DNA of 64,000 nt, from contig CM022670.1 of NCBI GenBank assembly GCA_012295275.1, positions 24,738,001-24,802,000 on the forward strand. The letters run 5' to 3'. Shown piece by piece: positions 55,791-64,000 of the stretch. Within the stretch, counting starts at the first letter, position 1. Every line of letters starts with the position of its first letter. This DNA is from Chrysomallon squamiferum (lineage: Eukaryota; Animalia; Mollusca). The translations under genes and the position numbers were made by a program. Under the pieces are notes generated by a model. That model saw only the letters and a list, made by a program, of their open reading frames with translations, did not search any database and was not told the origin of the DNA.

Positions 55791-57644
55791 TTTATTTGGT
55801 ACATACATGATTTTGTGAACATATATGTCATTAAATATAAACTGAGGGGTATTTTTATATAGCGTGTTACATAAAAGTGTTTAGTACTATTTGAAACTGG
55901 GTTAAAGTTTCGTTTTTCTCTTAGTTTTGCACTATTCGCTAGAATTCTTTCTTTATTTTTAATTTTATCTTGAATTGTATAGTGGCCTACTCGCAGATGA
56001 TTATGTGCATAGGAAGACCACGATCAATACATTATTTAATCTTAATCATGTGGATAATTTAAGACCTGATAGTAGTTGTGCGAGTTCAAATGTACAGAGA
56101 TCAGTATTTACCGCCGTCTTTCTCCAGATCATCATCATGGATATGATAACAATGAAAATGTAGATATTTACTTAAATTACTATATATTTAAATAATTAAG
56201 TGGCTAATATATTAAAGAAATTATTAGTTAAATATATTTTGATGAACTTTTGACTTAAGACAAATCACTATATCTTAGGTCAATAGTTTGGTTGTATAAA
56301 TATCTTCCTTTTCAGCATTTGCATATTTTATCATTTTTATAATGTGTATTTAATTTATTTGATGTTTTTACATATTCCTTGTTATCAGAAAAGGTGGGTG
56401 TGAAAGTTGCCTTGTTGCTATTTGATAGACAGTGGTTTTCTTTCTTAAACCATAATGATAATAAAACTAAAATGAAATGGGTATGTGGGAAACAGTTTCA
56501 AATCAGAAAACAAATAACTGGAAAATACTTTGAAACCCCTTTTAAATGACACCAAAATCAAGTGAATATGTTGAATATAAAGGAAGTGACAGTAATTTCA
56601 GTGCCCATATTAGATGCTTATTTTCATCCAGTTAAACTCTTTTTAAGACAGTAGAACTTAGTGATTGAAAACTGCTACATTATAGCATTTTTTCTGGGCA
56701 ATGAAAAAAGATAAATTATTATATGAAAAGAAAGGCAAAATTTGGTTGAAAGACCTGTTTAAATTAAATCCACACAATATACAACAGCATGTGCTTGTTT
56801 GATTTGTAAACAGGCATCCATTTAAATCCCAAGACATCGAAACTTAGGCAATTATGGATGAAAAATACGAATATAACATAAGGGACATTTTTTTCCATCA
56901 GCCTTATGTAAGATATAAATAATATAAAAAGAATAAGTAAACATAATCTCTTGTCAAACATAAGTCATTGAGCAGGAAGTTTGGTCTGCCATGACACTTT
57001 GGTGATCTGATGCTGAAATGACCATGTTTCAAGTGGTAAAAATAACAATTAGCATACTTGCAGCTTCTTGATATAATTTCAACAGTAAGATGAAATACAG
57101 TTTAAGTTTTTTAAAAATCGGCATGGATACAATAGAATTCAACCAAATCAAAATATTCAAAAGTGAGAATCATTATTGATTTCCCACCTGTGTTTTTATG
57201 CTGAAACCTCCCCAGAAATAATATAATAAAAACCAATGAAAAGCAAACAAAAGAATGCACATCTTCAAGCAAGATAAGGATGACGTGGAACAGCCAGTTA
57301 GTGCTAATTAGAAATAATTTCTAAGCAAGTCTCATAATATTTTGATTTTAATGAATTCCACAAAAAAAAGATTTGTCAGATAGGCTCAAACTAGCTTTTA
57401 TAAATTTGTGAATCGTGATATTTATTAACTATTTATAAGAATTAGGGTTACCTGTTAATTGGTTGTTTAGTTGCTGCCAGTCATATTACTTTCACTAATT
57501 AACTATCTTATTATTATTATTATTTAAATATTGTTTATTTTATTTTCATGTTTTCCAGTTAAGTGAGAGAAGTTTCTGCTGTGGGTATCACATTGATGCC
57601 AGAGTGTTGTGTTTAGTGGTGAGGTTACAAGTTATGTTGGAAAG

Positions 57645-59434
57645 ATGCCGTCAGTAGCACAAGCATCTGTTAGTAGTATTCGAGATGTATGGGCACACAA
57701 CCTTGAAGAAGAATTTAGAAATGTCAGACAAATCGTACAGAAGTATTCATATATTGCCATGGTATGTTGAAAACAAATTCAAGAATGTTAACATATCTTT
57801 AAATTAATTAAAGTTTATAGCCTAGACAGTTATTTTATTTAATGTACATACAAGAACTTAACTTAATAACTTGTAAGATTTCTTAACATAATAGTTGAAC
57901 AAATATAAAGAGGCAGTTAGATAGATGAATAAATGAATGCTGTATTTTGTTCTGGTAGTATAGTTTAAGAAGTTCCTCATAAAAGGAGGTGTAACACTAG
58001 ATTGTGATATTCTAGAAAAGCATACAAAAATGATTGAACTGATATAAAAAATAAAAAAATAGATTAAAAAAAATACACATATTATTTAAAATAATAATAT
58101 AATTCTGCATGACCTATAAGAAATTTTATTAAGCTAAATATATTCAGTTCTCATTTTAATTCAGTAGAAAGTTTCAATGACAGAAAATATTTAATTTTTG
58201 TTATAGGATACAGAATTTCCTGGTGTGGTTGCCCGGCCTATAGGTGAATTCCGTAGTACAACGGAGTATCAGTACCAGATGCTCACATGCAATGTGAATC
58301 TATTAAAAATAATTCAGATTGGTTTCACCTTCATGGATGAAAATGGAAACAGTCCATCACCTGTTAGCACGTGGCAGTTCAACTTCAAATTTAATCTGAC
58401 GTTAGTAATGATTTGTGTTTGTACTCAAGTATTATTTTACTGTCTTCAAATTTAAATTGAACAGTGTTTTAATTTCTTATGTAATAATTCAAATTTAAAT
58501 TGACAAGGTTTTAATTTATTGTGTAATAATTATTAAATGTATATTGATATACTGTATGGCTTTGAAATTTAATGGTGAATAACATTATCATTTATTTTTT
58601 ATTTATTTTTTTTACATCTAGGGAAGATATGTATGCCCAAGAGTCTATAGACTTGTTGCGGAAATCTGGAATTCAGTTCGACAAGCATGAAAAAGATGGT
58701 ATTGAGGTTAATGACTTTGCTGAACTTATGATGACATCAGGAATAGTGCTCAATGATAATGTCAAGTGGCTGTCATTTCACAGGTAGTTAAAACAACCTA
58801 GTAAGTTAAGTATTCAGACCTGCAAGACAAAAAAATGTTGTATAATTCATAATAAGTATTTTACATGTTGGTATTTAGAATATTAACTTTTATTAAATGA
58901 TGTTTATTTTGATAGAAATTATGTATTATATAAATCAGTTAAAATATAATTTCACACTTACCTCTAAGTTGCAGGTTTAATGTAGTTGTTAAAAGTCCCT
59001 ACTGGGATTAAGGGGGATGGTTAGAATTTAAGAATGTATTCTGTATTCAGTTGAAGATTTAATGTTTTCATTTTAATTAACAAATATTGTTAGTAAATAT
59101 TTTTCATTCTTCCAGATTTCCAGATTTATAATTTAGAAATTTAGTGTATGTTAATTTTTATTTCTTCTTCTTCCATTCTTAGTGGTTTTGACTTTGGTTA
59201 CATGTTGAAGTTTCTAACCTGTTCAAATCTTCCGACCGAGGAGGGTGAATTCTTTGAATTGTTGAGGCTGTTTTTTTGCAACATCTATGATGTAAAATAT
59301 CTGATGAAGAGCTGTAAAAACTTGAAGGGTGGTTTGCAGGAGGTTTCAGAACAGCTTGAGGTTAGTTCCTTTAGAACTAGAATGGATATTATTATTACTA
59401 TTATTATTATTGTTAGTATTATTACTATTATAGC

Positions 59435-59470
<36 letters not shown>

Positions 59471-60419
59471 AAATAAAATAAATAAACATAACAGTACAAG
59501 TTTAAGGGAAAAAGTAACAACATTGTTTCAATTATTTTGATGCAGCTTGTAAGGATTGGACCACAGCACCAAGCAGGAAGTGACAGCTTACTGACAGGTG
59601 CAGCATTTTTCAAAATGAGAGAAGTAAGTTGAACTTGCCTGAATACTGCATTAAAAAATTAATAAATGCAGTTTAATTCTGTTTTTTGGTGTGGTAGATT
59701 AAAATGAAAAAAAAATAGTTTTATTTATTTTCACTAAAATGTTTTGTTTTAAAGATTTTTTTTTTTTTTTTATTATTATTATTATTATTTTTTTTTTTGT
59801 GGATGTTGTAACAATTATATATGTTTTGCTTCAAGTTTGTATTAATTTAAAAAAAGAAAAATTTATGTAATAATTGCAGTGATCTTGTCAGAATGTAATA
59901 CAGATATAGCAGTTTATTATTGTAGAAAGGAACATTAAAATATTTTAAATACATAATTATTGTCAGGATAATCTGATATTTTATTTTATTTTTTTTTTTG
60001 TGGGTGTTGTAACAATTATATATGTTTTGCATCATGTTTGTATTAATTTTAAAAAAGAAAAATACATGTAATAATTACAGTGAACTTGTCAGAATGTAAT
60101 ACAGATATAACAGTTTATTATTGTAGAAAGGAACACTAAAATATTTTAAATATCTAATTATTGTCAGGATAATCTGATATTTTATTTTGTTTTTTTTCTT
60201 AACAATGACTTCATTTATTTTCAGTTATTTTTTGAAGACAACATTGATGATGCTAAATACTGTGGCCATTTGTATGGTGTTGGAATGTCATATGTTCAGA
60301 ATGGATCATCTTTGTCATATGAAAATGCCTGTTTTACAGTGCCGCAGAACTCTCATTCTTCAACTTCGAATTCTGCGAACACAGAAGAAAGTGGAACACA
60401 GTCTTCATTAACAACGTGA
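57645..60419 (+). CDS. CNOT7: CCR4-NOT deadenylase subunit CAF1 (CNOT7/CNOT8 family), about 307 aa, 6 coding exons: 57645..57761, 58207..58400, 58622..58783, 59183..59360, 59546..59623, 60225..60419
   Basis: The spliced frame is intact (924 nt). Sequence: IRDVWAHNLEEEF..IAM|DTEFPGVVARPIGEFRS..LLKIIQIGFTF..WQFNFKFNL..WLSFHSGFDFGY..YDVKYLMKSCKNLKGGLQEV..RIGPQHQAGSDSLLTG. The DEDD nuclease residues are present. An invertebrate gene would be co-orthologous to CNOT7 and CNOT8. Confidence 0.96.
59798..60187 (+). repeat. Tandem duplication, 2 x about 200 bp, in the last CNOT7 intron
   Basis: TGTGG.TGTTGTAACAATTATATATGTTTTGC..CTTGTCAGAATGTAATACAGATATA..TGTCAGGATAATCTGATATTTTATTTT occurs at 59798 and 59999. 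Confidence 0.9.
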
Positions 60420-63400
60420 AGATAAAAACAGCATATCTTGTCCATCTCCTAATCATCATGAAATACAGTCATCAGTGGCAGACTTTTTAATGGGAAATAA
60501 TAATAATTATTATTATTATTTTTATTTATTTTTTTATAAATGAAATTCTGTCGTCTTTGGGGTTGCATACATTTCACTTAATTGTGAAGATTCTATTCAA
60601 AAAACCTGTTTAAGCATTTTCAAAACTGGGTATTCTAAGTAGATGTAGATGTTTGATTTAATTTTTAAAATTTTGTTATTTTAAAAAAAAAAAAAAGGTT
60701 TTTTTTTAGTAAAATTATTTTAAAAATAAGTTCTCTTTTTTTTCTCCATAATTTCTCACATACTGCTTATTAAAAAAAAAGTAATAACTAAAACTTTTCT
60801 AATTTTATGAATAATTCTCTCCAGTTATACTAAGGATACAAAACTTATTTTTAAGTAGGAATTTTCCTGTCTGTAGTTTTAAATGTTTTGGTTTGTTGGT
60901 TATCTTGAAATCTTTTCAATTTCTGAATTTTAATTTTATGTATTTTGAAAAGATTTCAAAAGAAATCATGAACCATTACACGGTTTTTCTTGCTTTTTAA
61001 AAACAAAAGTGAATCTGGGGGAAATGGGTGGGTAAAGACAATTGATTATTTGTTTGTTTAACAGATTTGGCCTGTCGCTGATGGGTTGTCTTCTGGTAGC
61101 CATTTGACCTATACTTTAGGTCAAGTGGCCATCAAGGTGTTATCATCTGTTCAGTATAATTAGGCATGTTCATGTAAAGTTTTATCAAGAAGACGAGTTG
61201 AATGTTATTTGTCAGTTTAAGACTTTCTGTGCTGCATTATGACCTCTAGCTTTGCAAAGAAAAAGTTAGTTAAAATGAAAAGTAATGTAGATTATTAAGT
61301 GCCAAAATAGAGTAATGTCTTAACATTTTCTGTCCTTATCTTCATTTGTTAACTGAAATAGAAATGTATTCTCTAGTAATCAAAATAATGATCAAAAGTA
61401 TAACAGAAGATCTTGAAAGTTATGGATTTATAAAAGTCAGTTTTTAGGCATATAAAAATTATTTTATGTTTGTATTTTGGCATTCTCATATAAGTTAGAA
61501 GACTTGTTTATTTAAATCATTTCCAAAATAATAATTTTTACTGAGTAGCATTGGCAAAGTCTTAAACTGACAGTATTGTGTGATGATGTCTGATAATTTT
61601 TTTTTTTTTGGGGAGGGAGGGCTTTAGTTTTCCAATCCATTTGTGTCACGGTCCATCTGTATGTGTGTTGGTGTTGTATTAGCCACACATCAAGTAGTGA
61701 CCATATTTTGTAAATATTTATTTTAATGTCCTCTTGAAGTGGGTGGCTCCTTGGTCACAGGCTTCATTACAAAATAGTATTCTTATTGTTTATAGAAAAA
61801 TGTATATGTAAAAAAAAATTAAAAAAAAAACAATTGCAATTATCTTTTTAGTCATTTGTTTGGATTTATTTTTAAGAAAACTTAGAAAAGAAAAAGAAAT
61901 GAAGTTTAATTTGTTGATTTTAATTTTTGTTTTTGAGTTAGCAGTACCTGATAAAATTTTGAAATTATTTGATTGTATTCTTCACAGTAATATTTATTAT
62001 GATTATAAAATTTATTTATTTATTAATTATTTTTATTACATACTTTTTTTTTTTCTTTTTTTTTTTTTAATTATGTACAAATCATTGATAATCAGACAAT
62101 GTTGCAACTCATCAGTTTCAGATGAAAAGCAGCCTCTGTCATTAATTGAGTTCTTAAAATTGTTACAGGAAGAGATGGATTATTGTTTGTTGTTGTCTTC
62201 AGTATTTGGTCTAGTGTAAGTGATGAAGCCTTTGCCCATGGTAGCAGATACAGCACGAGGTTTGATGCTCAGTGATTCCAGTAGATCATTAGAAAGTTGC
62301 CAGTTATTTGTCTGGCAGTGGAGATCAGTTTCCTGCTGTCCAGATCTATTTTACAGTCCAGGAGATCCTGTCTTTATACTGTCATTTAAAACTATTCTCA
62401 GGATATCACTGATAAAATAAGGCAGCGTTTCATGTTTTTGGAATGTTTACTCATGGGAAGTGTGATCATAATCATCAGATTGATTTTATGAAGAAAAAAT
62501 AATTTCTGACTCTTAATAACATACTTTGTTTCCATTTTCTTTTTATCCATTGTGAACTTGCCATCGAAATTAATTCACACAAAAACCAAATTAATATTAT
62601 TAACTTCAAGAAAGCTTATAAATTAATTTAGAAGGTTATTTAATGTAAGTAATCATGATGCTGTTCTGTGTAATCTTACTTCAAAACAGAAACTTAAATA
62701 TCCCGAGAAGCTTCTTAATATTTTTTTTTATTATGTTCAAGGTACTGCCTGATGGAACATATTTATTTTGGAGACTATTTTTTACAGTAGGGTGTTCAAA
62801 ACTTCATTATGATACAGTAATTGATAACATACGAGTATAAGTAGATAAATTTGGACAAAAATAATGTTTTTATATAACTGGAAATTTAAAATTGAAAATA
62901 AGTATACAAAAACAAGTTATGAAATATGAACTTAATTGTTATAAAATTCTCAGTCATTCTTTAGGCTACCTTAAATATTTATTTAAATTTTGTACCTTCA
63001 AAATATTTTAGAATATTTGCTATAACCAGTGGAATACATAACTTGTTCCAAAAATTAAAACATTCGAAAATGTCTTCAAAATATGTTTCAAATGCTCTTA
63101 GGTCAGACAGCCAGATTTTTTTTGGTAATTTAATCACCTTACATTGTATTAACTCTGTTTGTATTTTAAGCATATGTGATTATCTTAAAACTGTTCATTG
63201 ATAATTTGTAAGAAGTTAATCTAGTTTTATTGACAATGGTTGACATTCGATCATTTAAGCAAAAAAAAAGAGGGCACTAACATTTTTAATTCATTTACAC
63301 TCAAGTTGTGTGTATGTGTAGATGGTTGAATCTTTGCATGAGAGGGCGAGGCTTTTTTTTTTTAAATTTTATTTTTTACTTTTATGTCAATAACACAACA

Positions 63401-64000
63401 AAGTAACTTGGTGTGTGAAAATATGTATGTTATTTGTTGTTTAATTTTGTGGTCATCTGGTTTTGTCACGTTTGCTCAGTTTCGTGGAAGCAGCTAGTTA
63501 GGACAGTAAATGTGTTTTATGACTTTTAAAATCTATTTTAATCATGAGATATAAAAGCTGGTACTTCCTGAATTGTCTGTGCCTATGCAAAATTATGTTT
63601 TTAAACTTACATTATTAAGTGGTTTTAATTCCAGACATTTTATTAATTTTGTTTTTCAGTTTGGACTACAGTGCCATTGTTTTAATTAAATGTGATAAAT
63701 CTTTAGTTAATTTAACATTTTTCACATCAGTTATTTATAAAAGTTAAATACTTCTTTAGTATCTTATATTTCTGATTTATAAGAAGTGTTATTGATTTAA
63801 ATGAATAGTTTATTTTATTATTATTATACAGCAATAGGTTAATATTTTATTCACTTGGGTAAATTGATTTAAATTTTTGAAGCTTAAGGTTTTAAATGAA
63901 AGTTTATAAAATGTTTCTTTCTTACTTACTTGAGTGAATAAGCTTTCTTTTGGTTTTATAATGAAAATGCAGACGTAATTATTTGAGGCTATTTTTTTTT

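Noticed and set aside
60187-60411. ORF-track 74-aa ORF as a separate protein
   Set aside because: It is a wrong-frame reading of the last CNOT7 exon, which reads LFFEDNIDDAKYCGHLYG.. from 60225.
48857-60419. U12-type or GC-AG introns in the reconstructed genes
   Set aside because: Every donor I read is an ordinary GT with no GTATCCT signature; the two AAG acceptors in VPS37A are uncommon but normal.

Overview
AT-rich, microsatellite-rich animal genomic DNA with short GT-AG introns. It is most likely from a mollusc or other lophotrochozoan (inferred from protein style and repeats, not proven). Reading splice sites by hand, I rebuilt five complete, frame-consistent spliced genes: a two-exon class A peptide-receptor-like GPCR (-), two tandem 13-exon CD36/SCARB2(LIMP-2)-family paralogs (-), VPS37A (-, 11 exons) and CNOT7/CAF1 (+, 6 coding exons). 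VPS37A and CNOT7 lie head-to-head, as they do in human. There is also a possible unidentified exon chain near 2.6-4.9 kb, and decayed DNA transposons (two MULE relics, a Tigger/pogo relic, a Tc2/pogo-like MITE, other MITEs and a foldback), tandem duplications and many microsatellites. Most ORFs in the supplied track are low-complexity artefacts. I found no demonstrably new biological system. The best leads are the apparently ancient VPS37A-CNOT7 divergent pair, the CpG-rich versus CpG-depleted CD36 paralog pair beside an orphan GPCR, and a possible truncated CNOT7 isoform.
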